A DNA stretch of 64,000 nt from contig JAFRDH010000025.1 of the NCBI GenBank assembly GCA_017403955.1, positions 71,294 through 135,293 on the forward strand, given 5' to 3'. Under the pieces are notes generated by a model. That model ran no database searches, was not told the DNA's origin, and saw nothing but the letters and a program-made list of their open reading frames with translations. This DNA comes from Mogibacterium sp. Lineage in GTDB: Bacteria; Bacillota; Clostridia; Peptostreptococcales; Anaerovoracaceae. A program made the position numbers and the translations under genes. Shown one piece after another: positions 9,020-19,176 of the stretch. How positions within the stretch are numbered: position 1 is the stretch's first letter; every line of letters starts with the position of its first letter.

Positions 9020-12000
9020 ATGAAGAGAAGAATAACAGCTATTATTCTGACACTTTCAATGCTGCTGTGGATGATACCTGCAGCAAGTGTCTACGGCGTT
9101 GAGGCTGAGACAGATCAGACAGAAGCGGCTGAAGGACAGGTCGTTGTTCTGTATGAGGATGGAGCAGTCGACAGCAGCGCGCCGGCTACGAAGAGTGAAA
9201 GAAGAAGCGCCGAAAAGGCCAGAAAAGCCAGATCTTTCGGCAAGACAATGGAAAAATACAGCGAAGACGCGGAGTCTTCCAGAGAACAGGCCGAAAACAC
9301 TCTCGGCCAGCAGGAAGAAATCCTTGCGGAGACTCTCGGAAGTGACTATGTGATAGAAGACACTATAGTCCTTGGCTCCGGTGATACGGATGCAAAGAGC
9401 GCTGATGAAACAGTAGTAAGTACTATTTCATCTGACAAATACACCGTAGATGAGCTCTGCGAGATGCTTTCTGCGAACAAGAACATTCAGGCTGCCGAGC
9501 CTAATTATTGTTTCCGCGCATCGGCGATTCCTGACTGGAATGATACATATATAAATGAAGCATGGCAGAATGCTGAGAAAGGCATCAATGCGGACAGCGC
9601 ATGGAACAGCGAAGATTTTGACAAAACAGAAAATCCTGTCATAGTCGCCGTGATGGATACGGGTATCGACTATGATCACGAGGACCTCAGGAACCACATC
9701 TGGACTGCACCTGATGATTTTAAACTGAACGGCAAGCACGGAATGGATTTTGTCGAGAAGGATGCAGATCCTATGGACCAGAACGGACACGGGACTCACT
9801 GCGCAGGCATCATCGCTGCGGAAGCGAACAACGGCGTCGGTACTGCGGGCGTTGCAGGCCCTTCAGAGAAAGTCCTTCTGATGTCAGTCAGAGTACTGGA
9901 TGAAGAGGGCGGCGGATATTTCGAAGATATCATCTCAGCATTCTATTATCTCGAGAGAGCGAAGAAAGCCGGAGCGGATATCCGTGCGGTCAACTGCTCA
10001 TTCGGAGCAAGCACATATTCGGACATTTTCGACAAAGTCATAGAGAAGGTCGGAGAGTCCGGGATCCTGACTATTGCATCGGCAGGAAATGAGTCATCGG
10101 ATAATGATGAAATGCTCAGTTCACCTGCAAATTGCAAATCGGATTATGTTATTTCCGTAGCGGCTCTTGACGAAAACGGGGAACTTGCGTCTTATTCGAA
10201 TTACGGAACCAAGAACGTAGATGTCGCAGCTCCGGGCAGCAACATCCTTTCTTCAGTAAGCTACAACAACTACGCGCCTTATCTCTATGATAACGCAAGG
10301 ATCGGCGAGACGACCGAATACTATGGAGAATTCGGCGGTGCTGAAATAATCGAAGAGACAGACGATGCCGGAAATACTATACAGAAAGTCGTACCGGTCA
10401 GCGGGACTGACTATAACGGGGATCCGGTGACTTCGGCGGGTACCTTCGGGGAATCCGTAATGATCGCTGATCTTACTAAAGAAAGCGCCGGCTTCGCGGA
10501 ACTCGAGCTGGTGGATAACGAAGAAGATGCTTTCCCGATAGGAAATAACAGCACGTCATTGCGCTGGAAGATCACAGGAGCACGCGCCGGTGATAAGTTC
10601 GTGCTCTACTTCCCTTATGAGAAAATGGCGAGCAGCAATAATGATACACTCGCTAATGTTGCGTTCCGTACACATACAGAGCCGGACGGGGGCATGGGCG
10701 ATCTCGAATACGGAGATGTCATCGCTTATGTTGATAAGAACGGCAAACTCTCATACAAAACCACTTCTTCAGAGGACTTTTTTGGCGCCGGTCTTCCGGT
10801 GACATGGGACTGGAACAGTATCTGGCACGCATCGGGTGATCCGGAAGCGCTGTTCCCGCATAGTGAGATCAAGAGCCTATCAGAAGGCGGTGCAGGCAGC
10901 GTATCGACTTCAAGCAGCGACGGCTATGGTCTTGGAATGGTCTATACCGCCGGTGGGGACGGTGATGTATACATTGACATAAGCTCCCTTGCGATAAGCA
11001 AAGTCGGGGCTGACGAAAATGACTTCGGCATGTATGATGTCTATTCGGGAACATCGATGGCAACACCAGTAGTCACCGGTACAGCCGGTCTTCTGGCGGC
11101 TATGGCTCCATCCATGAGCGCGGGCGAACTGAGAAATAAGATCTTCCAGACAGTAAGAGGCGGTTATTCGGACATCTGCTCGACAGGCGGAGCCATTGAT
11201 TTCGCAAGCTACAGCAGCACGCCTGAACTGTCAAAACCTTTTGTCAGCAGCGCGACCTGCGATTTTGACAAGCATACAGTGACCCTCTCCGCCGGGAACT
11301 TCGGCAGCGCGCCTGCAATCACCGCAAAACTGAACCTCGCGGGCAGGACGGAAGAGATCGCAGCTGAAGACATCACACTCAGCGATGGCAAGATCGTGAT
11401 CGGCGACAAATACGGACTGACCGGAAGTGATGTGACATTTACCATAGAAAACACCGAAAGCGGGCTGACCGGAAGCAGGACGTTCTATCTGGTCAAAGGC
11501 CTTAAGAAATTCACTGAGCTTTTCACAATGAATAAAACGCAGGAGGAAGAAGAATTCATCGACTGGTCCAAAGGCAGCACGGATAAGCTGATATCTGCAA
11601 GTGACGTTGATGATAACGATGATGAAGAGACGGAGGTCACTTTCCCTTCAGGACTTACCTACATAAAGGGAACTGACAGATTCCTTCTGCACGACAGTGA
11701 CTATATCTACAGACTCACCAGAGATGAGGACGGTAATTATTGCGCTGAAGAGATCGGCGATTCGATCAGTGAGACGGTCGGAAAGTACGCTGCGAAGGCT
11801 GCAAAGACAGAGGAACTCTGGGCACCTGATGGTGGACCAGATGAAAAGGGCGAATACTATACTCTTACGATGATGTGTGAACCGGTCTGCATAGGAGATG
11901 TAGTATACACTCTCATCCATGTTGATCTTGTCGACAGAGCAGCAAATCTCCTGCTCGGCCTCGATATTGCAAACGGCAGCAAATGGACGGTATACTACGA

Positions 12001-13195
12001 TTCACTGTCAGATTTCGGAACCGCTCCGGCAGGTCTCAAATTTAACGAAATATACGGGCCTTCACTTGGCGCATATAACGGCAGGATATATTATTTCGCG
12101 GGATACCCGACTGATGAAGAGGGTGTACCGACAGGAAATACCAAAGTATTCCGCTGCACGCCTTCTGAAAAGGGAAGCGTATGGGAGAGCAGCGCTGAGA
12201 TGCCTGCGACTGTCACGGAAGGCAGGGCCATCGCACAGGGCGGCAATCTGTATTATTTCTTCGGAAGGACAGACGAAGGAGCAGTCGATTATAACGTATA
12301 TAAATTCAACGGCTCATCCTGGTCAGTTGCGGGGCAGCTCCCTGCAGCAATATTCAAGAGAGGCGCGGATTCTGCTGATATTTTATTCTTCTTCGACTCA
12401 GGTTATACGGAAGACCTCAGCTGTGCATACGGCATAGACGACCGGGGCATCATTTTCGCCGGAAGATCTTTTGACCAGGCAGGCGATGTTTTCAGATTCA
12501 ATACCGGGACAGGCGAGACCGAACTTCTCGGATATACTGTCTGGGGAGACCTCGCCGACAGAGTAACGGATGGGACCGTTGCCGGAGGCAAGCTTCTGGT
12601 ACAGTACGACATTGAAGACGGAGAGAAAACGACTGCAAAAACTATCCCTGTCAAGTCAGGCTATGTCAAAGTCACCATAAAGAAGACAGGCAAAGGTACA
12701 GGAACCGTCAAGGGCGCGGGCAGTTTCCCTAAGGGTGAGACTTCGACTATCACGGTCACACCTTCGAAGGGCAGCTATGTTTACGAGGTACGCTCTACAG
12801 GATTTTCGCCGAACCTCAATAAGAAATACGGCAAGGCGGTGACCGCAAGCAAAGGCACACAAAAGGCGGTATTCAAGGGCAGCATGAACGCGACCATGAC
12901 CATCCACTTCGGAAAGATCAGCACCAGGCTGACTGTCAAGAAGGTCAAGACTGTCAAAGTCGGCAAGCGCAAACTCACTGCATATACTGACGGAACCATC
13001 AACGGGGTCAAATGGAAGAGCAGTAACAAGAAATATGCCAAGGTCAACAAGAACGGCACAATAACCTTCAAGAAGGCAGGCATCGGCAAGACGGTCAAGC
13101 TTACAGCGATATCCAAAGAAAACCCTAAACTCAAGAAAACCATAAAGGTCAAAATCAAGAAAGCAAAGAAAACAAAGAAGGCCAAGAAGAAATAG
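9020..13195 (+). CDS. Giant secreted subtilisin-like (S8) serine protease with beta-propeller-like region, Big_2 domain and poly-Lys tail
   Basis: Signal peptide: MKRRITAIILTLSMLLWMIPAASVYG. Catalytic triad motifs: VAVMDTGIDYDHEDL (Asp), HGTHCAGIIAAE (His) and SGTSMATPVVTG (Ser). Kelch-like repeats around GRIYYFAGY and GGNLYYFFGR. Big_2: VKWKSSNKKYAKVNKNGTITFKKAGIGKTVKLTA. C-terminus: KVKIKKAKKTKKAKKK. No LPXTG motif was seen. Confidence 0.85.
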   Translation: MKRRITAIILTLSMLLWMIPAASVYGVEAETDQTEAAEGQVVVLYEDGAVDSSAPATKSERRSAEKARKARSFGKTMEKYSEDAESSREQAENTLGQQEEILAETLGSDYVIEDTIVLGSGDTDAKSADETVVSTISSDKYTVDELCEMLSANKNIQAAEPNYCFRASAIPDWNDTYINEAWQNAEKGINADSAWNSEDFDKTENPVIVAVMDTGIDYDHEDLRNHIWTAPDDFKLNGKHGMDFVEKDADPMDQNGHGTHCAGIIAAEANNGVGTAGVAGPSEKVLLMSVRVLDEEGGGYFEDIISAFYYLERAKKAGADIRAVNCSFGASTYSDIFDKVIEKVGESGILTIASAGNESSDNDEMLSSPANCKSDYVISVAALDENGELASYSNYGTKNVDVAAPGSNILSSVSYNNYAPYLYDNARIGETTEYYGEFGGAEIIEETDDAGNTIQKVVPVSGTDYNGDPVTSAGTFGESVMIADLTKESAGFAELELVDNEEDAFPIGNNSTSLRWKITGARAGDKFVLYFPYEKMASSNNDTLANVAFRTHTEPDGGMGDLEYGDVIAYVDKNGKLSYKTTSSEDFFGAGLPVTWDWNSIWHASGDPEALFPHSEIKSLSEGGAGSVSTSSSDGYGLGMVYTAGGDGDVYIDISSLAISKVGADENDFGMYDVYSGTSMATPVVTGTAGLLAAMAPSMSAGELRNKIFQTVRGGYSDICSTGGAIDFASYSSTPELSKPFVSSATCDFDKHTVTLSAGNFGSAPAITAKLNLAGRTEEIAAEDITLSDGKIVIGDKYGLTGSDVTFTIENTESGLTGSRTFYLVKGLKKFTELFTMNKTQEEEEFIDWSKGSTDKLISASDVDDNDDEETEVTFPSGLTYIKGTDRFLLHDSDYIYRLTRDEDGNYCAEEIGDSISETVGKYAAKAAKTEELWAPDGGPDEKGEYYTLTMMCEPVCIGDVVYTLIHVDLVDRAANLLLGLDIANGSKWTVYYDSLSDFGTAPAGLKFNEIYGPSLGAYNGRIYYFAGYPTDEEGVPTGNTKVFRCTPSEKGSVWESSAEMPATVTEGRAIAQGGNLYYFFGRTDEGAVDYNVYKFNGSSWSVAGQLPAAIFKRGADSADILFFFDSGYTEDLSCAYGIDDRGIIFAGRSFDQAGDVFRFNTGTGETELLGYTVWGDLADRVTDGTVAGGKLLVQYDIEDGEKTTAKTIPVKSGYVKVTIKKTGKGTGTVKGAGSFPKGETSTITVTPSKGSYVYEVRSTGFSPNLNKKYGKAVTASKGTQKAVFKGSMNATMTIHFGKISTRLTVKKVKTVKVGKRKLTAYTDGTINGVKWKSSNKKYAKVNKNGTITFKKAGIGKTVKLTAISKENPKLKKTIKVKIKKAKKTKKAKKK

Positions 13196-13320
13196 GACCT
13201 TTATACTTGTTCAGATTGCTTGATTATCCGCTGATTATTCAATAGAATATAGAAGTCGGATTATGCTCATGCAGAGCATGAGCAGCGAGATAGTAATTAC
13301 TTAAGAATCGAGGACTTATA

Positions 13321-15441
13321 ATGTTTAGGACTTACAGAAAAGAATTGTTAGTTAGAATAGCAAGGATCACATTATCGGTTCTTCTGTGTTTCACGATGAT
13401 TCCGGTCGGAGCTTTCGCCGAGGAGATCGGACAGGCTCCTGTAGATAATCAGCAGGCAGCAGACCAGACAGTTGAAACTGCCGCTGATGCAGATCAGGTT
13501 GCAGACCAAGAGGCAGAGAATCCTGCCGAGGTCATAGAGGGCACAGAAGCCAATAGCACGGATGATGTTCTCCTTGGAGAAGATTCAGCTGTAACCGAGA
13601 CTGCTCCTGAAGTCACAGCAGGAACAGAGACCGGCGAAGTGACTCCGGGCGGAGAAGAAGAGGAGCCTGCGCCTGTCGCACCGGCACCTAAAATTGCTAA
13701 GTCACTTACGCTGAACGGACTTTCACTCAAATTCAAGAACAATGTTCTTATCGAGACTCCGCTCGACAGCAAGTGCGGACCTGCAAGAGCATGGATCAAG
13801 GGCAACAAGAAGAGCATTAAGGTCAGCTGGACTAAGGAAGCTGCCTCTGCGCCGATCGATGGATATATCATCCTCCGCAAAACAGGCAAGTCCAAGGTTT
13901 TCAAAGAAGTAAAGAAAGTCAGCAAGTCCACCTATACCTTCACAGATAAGAAGGCTAAGAAGAAGAATACTGTTTACTCATACACTGTAGTAGGCTACAG
14001 AAGAGAAGGCGCTAACATCCATGTTTCGCCATGTTCTTCATGGGCAGAAGGGCTGACAACGAACAGCAAACTCAAGAACAGCTATAAAGCAACTATCAGC
14101 AGCAAAACTGCTTCTCTTCAGGTAGGAGGCACAGTTGCTCTTACAGCCAAGCACAAAAAGACTAAGAAGATCCATAACAAGAAGAGCTTCCGCTGGGTAT
14201 CGGATAATAACAGAGTTGCAAAGGTCAGCAAGGGCAAAGTCACCGCTGTTGCACCGGGAACCACCACTATCAGAGCCCGCATTGCAAGCGGAGTAGAGGT
14301 TTCATGCAAAGTCACTGTAGTCGGAGCTTTCAAGCCGGGCAAGCCGACTGTTCAGCGCGATTATTCGACAACACAGAATATCGCGATCATGTGGAGCAAG
14401 ACCAAGCACGCGACATCTTATGATGTATATTGCTCCAAGGACAATGCAGATAATTATGAACTGATCGCTAACGTCAAGGGAGTTACCTACAATCATACCG
14501 GCCTTGAGAAAGATCATCTCTACTCATATATAGTACAGGCCCGCAATGATAACGGCAGCTACAAAGCACTGAGCGACAGATCGAATGCGCTTGATCTCAA
14601 GGCAGTCAAGACACCTCGTGCAACAAGAGTGTCCGGTTTCCCTGCCAAGAAGTCTATCAAGGCAAAGACACATTGCAAGCTCACCCTCAAGGTAACTGCA
14701 CCTGACAGCAGAACAGCTACACTTCAGGAGTACAACGGCAAGAAATGGGTCAACACCAAGACTACTGTCAAGCTTCCTGCAGGAATCGATACCGTAAGTG
14801 TTGATGTTACACTTCCGGATACATGGTGGAAAGAAAACAGCACTTCATGGAGACTTGTATTCCCTAAGAGCGAAGGCGCTACTGCTTTTACAACAGGAAC
14901 ATTCAAGCTGAAGACTCTGAGATATTATCAGAACCCTAAGAAGTACGTTCAGATCACTAACAAGATCTCCAAGCACGGACTCAGCTACTATACATCCCCG
15001 GTTCTCGTCAACAACATGAGCACCAAGAAGGATCACATAGAAGCTATGATCAAGACTGCATATAAGTACCTCGGAGATCCTTACGTAGTCTGCCAGTCAC
15101 GTGCACCGGGCAAAGGCGTCGACTGCTCCGGCCTCGTAATGCAGGCATGCTACGGCGCTGGCGTTGACCTTTGGCCGAGCAATCCGTACAGACACAGATC
15201 ACCGGCTTATGAGTGGGAATCCCGCAACATTGCCAAGCACAGCAACCTCAGAACAGTTCCATACAGCGACCGTAAGAGAGGAGACCTGATCTTCTACGCG
15301 AACGGAAGCGGAACCGTTATCCACGTTGCGATCTACCTCGGCAACAACAAGATCATCCATTCAGCTCTGTCCGGAGTACATGTAACAGGCATGGGATACA
15401 AATACGGACATGTCTGCAAAGTAAAGAGAATATTCAACTAA
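13321..15441 (+). CDS. Secreted modular NlpC/P60 peptidoglycan endopeptidase (FN3-like, Big_2, FN3, C-terminal NlpC/P60)
   Basis: A signal peptide and an acidic linker come first. FN3-like: KSIKVSWTKEAASAPIDGYIILRK..VYSYTVVGY. Big_2: FRWVSDNNRVAKVSKGKVTAVAPGTTTIRA. NlpC/P60: GDPYVV..GKGVDCSGLVMQACYGAG ... GDLIFYANGSGTVIHVAIYLGNNKIIHS. Confidence 0.85.
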   Translation: MFRTYRKELLVRIARITLSVLLCFTMIPVGAFAEEIGQAPVDNQQAADQTVETAADADQVADQEAENPAEVIEGTEANSTDDVLLGEDSAVTETAPEVTAGTETGEVTPGGEEEEPAPVAPAPKIAKSLTLNGLSLKFKNNVLIETPLDSKCGPARAWIKGNKKSIKVSWTKEAASAPIDGYIILRKTGKSKVFKEVKKVSKSTYTFTDKKAKKKNTVYSYTVVGYRREGANIHVSPCSSWAEGLTTNSKLKNSYKATISSKTASLQVGGTVALTAKHKKTKKIHNKKSFRWVSDNNRVAKVSKGKVTAVAPGTTTIRARIASGVEVSCKVTVVGAFKPGKPTVQRDYSTTQNIAIMWSKTKHATSYDVYCSKDNADNYELIANVKGVTYNHTGLEKDHLYSYIVQARNDNGSYKALSDRSNALDLKAVKTPRATRVSGFPAKKSIKAKTHCKLTLKVTAPDSRTATLQEYNGKKWVNTKTTVKLPAGIDTVSVDVTLPDTWWKENSTSWRLVFPKSEGATAFTTGTFKLKTLRYYQNPKKYVQITNKISKHGLSYYTSPVLVNNMSTKKDHIEAMIKTAYKYLGDPYVVCQSRAPGKGVDCSGLVMQACYGAGVDLWPSNPYRHRSPAYEWESRNIAKHSNLRTVPYSDRKRGDLIFYANGSGTVIHVAIYLGNNKIIHSALSGVHVTGMGYKYGHVCKVKRIFN

Positions 15442-15454
15442 AAGAATACAAACT

Positions 15455-15491
15455 AAAAATGCTGCAGTGCCGGTCACTGCAGCGTTTTTTT
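15455..15491. terminator. Bidirectional terminator between convergent genes, overlapping the 3' end of the minus-strand gene
   Basis: GCTGCAGTG-CCGGT-CACTGCAGC (15461-15483) is flanked by AAAAAT and GTTTTTTT. The stop codon of the 15474..17321 gene lies in the loop/stem. Confidence 0.7.
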
Positions 15492-17321
15492 AATGATGTC
15501 ATTTATTTCGCCGGATGATGAGACTGTGAGGATCTTGCCCCGGTCAGGGCCTTTGAGCAGCGGCCGGATAAGGTCATATGTTTCCTGATCCGGAACTACT
15601 ATGATCGAGCAACGGGCTGCTGCAAAATATACCGCGTCCTTCATGAATTTATTGCCGTTTCTTATCTCTTCCGCAACTAAGCTGCTGATGAAGAGGGCTT
15701 TGTGCGGTGCATCTGCGAGCGATAATCCGATGATCATCTCGGGATCAGCCGTGTCATAGATGCCTACAAAATCGAATGACGCGTCACCGTACATTCTCTT
15801 CGGGTATAATGCAAATTCATCTTGCAGGAACCTGATAGCAGTCCTGAATGAGATCTTATTTGCTTTGTACAGGTCGAGGAGCGGAGCTCCTATAGAGGAA
15901 AGTCTCTTGTTGGCGCGGGAGGCCACGAGGGAAGCTTTGTTAAGCATTGGATATGCACCGCCCGGATCCTGGTTGACCTTCAGATGGTCACAACCTATAT
16001 ATAAGTTGAAATCGCCTGAACCGGTAAGGTCAACAAGCTCTTCCAGGACCTGAGTGTCCCTGCCCGGAGGACATGCCTCCGAATACATAAGGACTGCCGG
16101 TTTATCACTCTTCGGTATCGTATAGACGGAATCATTGTCTGCCTGCCCCAGAAGCAGCCTGCATAATTTCTGCGGGTTGTCGACAGAATCATAGCCGCAC
16201 ATCATATCATAGAATTCCGTATCGTCGTAATGCTTCCCCGCATTCAGCATCGTGATGACCTGACTTTTGTCAAAGGCCAGATCGAACGGAAGATCTTCGA
16301 TATTCATATTGAGTCCGCGGGACCTCTGATAGTCTTCCAGATCCTCCACGAACAGTATGATGTGTTTGCGCAGTGCAAGATAATCAAAGAAAACGCTGGA
16401 GTAATCTGAGATAAGAGCATCAGTGCCTGCCAGCAATTGGTATGAGTCCATATCCTGAGGGAACAGCCTGATATGCTTGTAGCTGTCACATGACATGCCT
16501 TCCTGGATATGGTGATGCAAGTTCACATACAGTATCTGATCATCTCTGAGATTGTCATCCATATAATCAAGGAAGAGCTGCTCGCGCGCTATTGAAGCCT
16601 CGTCCGACAGATTGCCTCTGAAAGTCGGCATGTACGCATAGACCTTCTCGCCATTCGGAGCGAGTTTTGCGCGTATCGACTCGTCATGAGCTGACGCTTT
16701 CATCATGCCCGCAGTCCTCGGGTAGCCCATCATGATCGTATCGGCGCTCAGAAGATCGCTGACACCGTAAGAATCGAGCATGATGTCCCGGGTAAAAGCA
16801 TTCGGGAATGTGAGATAGTCCGCACTGAGAAAATTCTTCTGCTGCACAGAGTTGATGTGGCGTCTGTCGCCGCTTTTGGCAAGTCCGAGCTTCTTGAGCG
16901 GGGTGCCGTGCCACGTGTTTATCATGATCTGACCATCACGCTTGATCCAGTTATACGGGAAAAAGTCCTCGGTGATCAGATACTTGCAGCTCTCGAGGAC
17001 CTTGAGATTCTTTTTCGAAACTGTTTTGGTCCTGGTCCAGTTACGCTGACGGATAAAATCCTTGACCGCATCTTCAGTCTTGCCCTTTTCGATCCTTACA
17101 TAAATAGTAAAATCCTTGAAGGCTTCATTGCTGTTGAGCTCATCAAGGATATACATCATGTTGCCGCGGACATGAAAACCAAGCCCGGAGATGACGATGC
17201 TCTTCCCGTTCAGATCTGTGTCGAAATAATAATCAAAAGCATTCGCTGATTCCGGAGCTTTGCGGTGTAATTTCAGAATGGCCGAATAAAGCCATTTTAT
17301 ATTCGATCTATTGTTCTTCAA
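15474..17321 (-). CDS. CDP-glycerol/alditol-phosphate glycerophosphotransferase family (TagB/TagF) protein with ~190-aa C-terminal extension
   Basis: Family hallmarks: INTWHGTPLKKLG (conserved WH), YAYMPTFRG and ISDYSSVFFDYLALRKHIILFVEDLEDY. The start overlaps the upstream gene by 14 nt. Confidence 0.8.
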   Translation of the reverse strand: MKNNRSNIKWLYSAILKLHRKAPESANAFDYYFDTDLNGKSIVISGLGFHVRGNMMYILDELNSNEAFKDFTIYVRIEKGKTEDAVKDFIRQRNWTRTKTVSKKNLKVLESCKYLITEDFFPYNWIKRDGQIMINTWHGTPLKKLGLAKSGDRRHINSVQQKNFLSADYLTFPNAFTRDIMLDSYGVSDLLSADTIMMGYPRTAGMMKASAHDESIRAKLAPNGEKVYAYMPTFRGNLSDEASIAREQLFLDYMDDNLRDDQILYVNLHHHIQEGMSCDSYKHIRLFPQDMDSYQLLAGTDALISDYSSVFFDYLALRKHIILFVEDLEDYQRSRGLNMNIEDLPFDLAFDKSQVITMLNAGKHYDDTEFYDMMCGYDSVDNPQKLCRLLLGQADNDSVYTIPKSDKPAVLMYSEACPPGRDTQVLEELVDLTGSGDFNLYIGCDHLKVNQDPGGAYPMLNKASLVASRANKRLSSIGAPLLDLYKANKISFRTAIRFLQDEFALYPKRMYGDASFDFVGIYDTADPEMIIGLSLADAPHKALFISSLVAEEIRNGNKFMKDAVYFAAARCSIIVVPDQETYDLIRPLLKGPDRGKILTVSSSGEINDIIKKTLQ

Positions 17322-19176
17322 TGATTTGATCCCTCGATTTTTTAAGTTTGTCGCCGTCTGATCTGTAGAACATGATCGGCACGAACATCATATAACAGGA
17401 TATCCACGGAAGCCAGACGAAGAATCTGTCTACATTATCCGCCATACTCATCAGAATGAATGATGATATGCAGTAAAGCGGCAGTGCCGAGAAAACGAGG
17501 TTCTCTCTTGCGAATTTGACGGATTTGTCAACGGCGCGCACCATAAGAAGAATGAATGGCACGATTACCGGAACGCCGTAAGTATAGGCTTGCCCGATCA
17601 GAGAATTGTGCGGCTTGATGTGGCTGTTTGCATATAAGCAATATGGTTTTGCATCATGACCGAACAGATTCATTTTGTTCATGTAACAGCGATAATAATA
17701 GTCTCTCCCGGAAAGGAACTGAGTAATATCTGCTGATCCGAGTTTCTGCGCGAGCCTTCCGCTGAATCTGTTCAGAAGATCCGGGTTGATAATAATCGCA
17801 AAACCCACTGCAAAGAACAGGACCATTATGCCCGCAAGGATCCGCAGAGCTTTTCTGATGCCGATCTTTTCGATTGCTTTTCTGAAAATGAACAGGCCAA
17901 GCACGAATATGACCGCCAGCATCGGAGTCATAGACTGAGCCGCAACTATCAGATATAGTGTGACAGCGAGCTCTATGCCCGTCAGCACTATTTTCGGACT
18001 GAAACGTCTGAACCGGAGTTGTCCTTCAAGAGAAGCCATCAGGACAGCCCAGATAGAGGCCAGATACAGCGCATAGATACTCGGATTGGATATCGGACCT
18101 GAATATCTGGCATCCTCGATGTCCTTGTTCATTGTGAATGAGAGTACAATAAGCAGAACCAGGAACAACTGGACTGCTCTTTCAAACTCTTGCAGGAACA
18201 GCTCATGATCCTGTTTGCCTGCCCATATGTATGCGAAAATAGCCAGTATGACGAAGATCTTGACTGCCGCGAATCCGGTAGGTTTCATGACATTATTGTC
18301 GGAAACGATCGTCCAGATAGTATATAAGGCTAATATGAAAAACATCGACAGATCGATCCTCGTCCGTTTCGACTGATGATCCGCGTCATTCAGCATGATC
18401 GCGAGCGCCAGAATGATACCAAGCTCGACATTCAGAAATGTGTTGAAGTAATCATCATAGTAATCATTGATCTGGACGACCAGTGTGCTTGTTATCAGAG
18501 CAAACCACAATATCGTCCTGACCCAGGTCGCGACTGACGCAGGAAGAGGCAGGACATATTTAAACGAACCTGTCGATATCACAAGACGCTTAGACCGGGA
18601 CTCAGATACTTGTTTGAGCAATTTGTAGATCACAACGATAAGCGCTGTCAGAAGCACATACCCTATTGTGACCAGGAGCATGAAGCCCAAAGCGTTAATG
18701 ACGGGATGAGGTGTAACGGACTGCCTGAACTCTGCGGCCTTGACCACCTTTTCATCAGGTCCTTTCACTGTTATCTGTGCTAAGGAGTAATTCTGTTTCT
18801 TAAGAGGGATATCATTACAGCCGTCGTGTATTTTGACAGGATCCGTTTCGTAACGGGTACGCCCGCGCCTGCTCATTCCGGTGAAAACAAGCTTTGCTTT
18901 GCCATCGCCGATCCCGTCAGCATATACTCTCAGGTAATTCACCTCACCTTCATTGAGGTAACATTTGAACTTGTAAGAGACAATGCCATCTTCAACTTCT
19001 GTCTGTGGGGACTTGAAAACCCAATGACTGATCTCTGCAACATAATTATTGTCAAGCGAAAAAGAAATCTCACGGAAGTCATTGTAGTATGTGAAATATG
19101 AAGAACATATAACAAGGATCCCCGTCAATATCCATGCCAGAATTATATATAGTCTTGCGTTGATTTTGTCTCTCAT
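17308..19176 (-). CDS. O-antigen ligase / Wzy_C-family polytopic membrane protein with N-terminal extracytoplasmic domain
   Basis: About 12 hydrophobic helices. Wzy_C-like pattern: ARYSGPISNPSIYALYLA ... AAQSMTPMLAV ... KPHNSLIGQAYTYGVPV. The start is ambiguous between GTG 19221 (track) and ATG 19176 (MRDKINARLYIIL, used here). Confidence 0.65.
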   Translation of the reverse strand: MRDKINARLYIILAWILTGILVICSSYFTYYNDFREISFSLDNNYVAEISHWVFKSPQTEVEDGIVSYKFKCYLNEGEVNYLRVYADGIGDGKAKLVFTGMSRRGRTRYETDPVKIHDGCNDIPLKKQNYSLAQITVKGPDEKVVKAAEFRQSVTPHPVINALGFMLLVTIGYVLLTALIVVIYKLLKQVSESRSKRLVISTGSFKYVLPLPASVATWVRTILWFALITSTLVVQINDYYDDYFNTFLNVELGIILALAIMLNDADHQSKRTRIDLSMFFILALYTIWTIVSDNNVMKPTGFAAVKIFVILAIFAYIWAGKQDHELFLQEFERAVQLFLVLLIVLSFTMNKDIEDARYSGPISNPSIYALYLASIWAVLMASLEGQLRFRRFSPKIVLTGIELAVTLYLIVAAQSMTPMLAVIFVLGLFIFRKAIEKIGIRKALRILAGIMVLFFAVGFAIIINPDLLNRFSGRLAQKLGSADITQFLSGRDYYYRCYMNKMNLFGHDAKPYCLYANSHIKPHNSLIGQAYTYGVPVIVPFILLMVRAVDKSVKFARENLVFSALPLYCISSFILMSMADNVDRFFVWLPWISCYMMFVPIMFYRSDGDKLKKSRDQIIEEQ

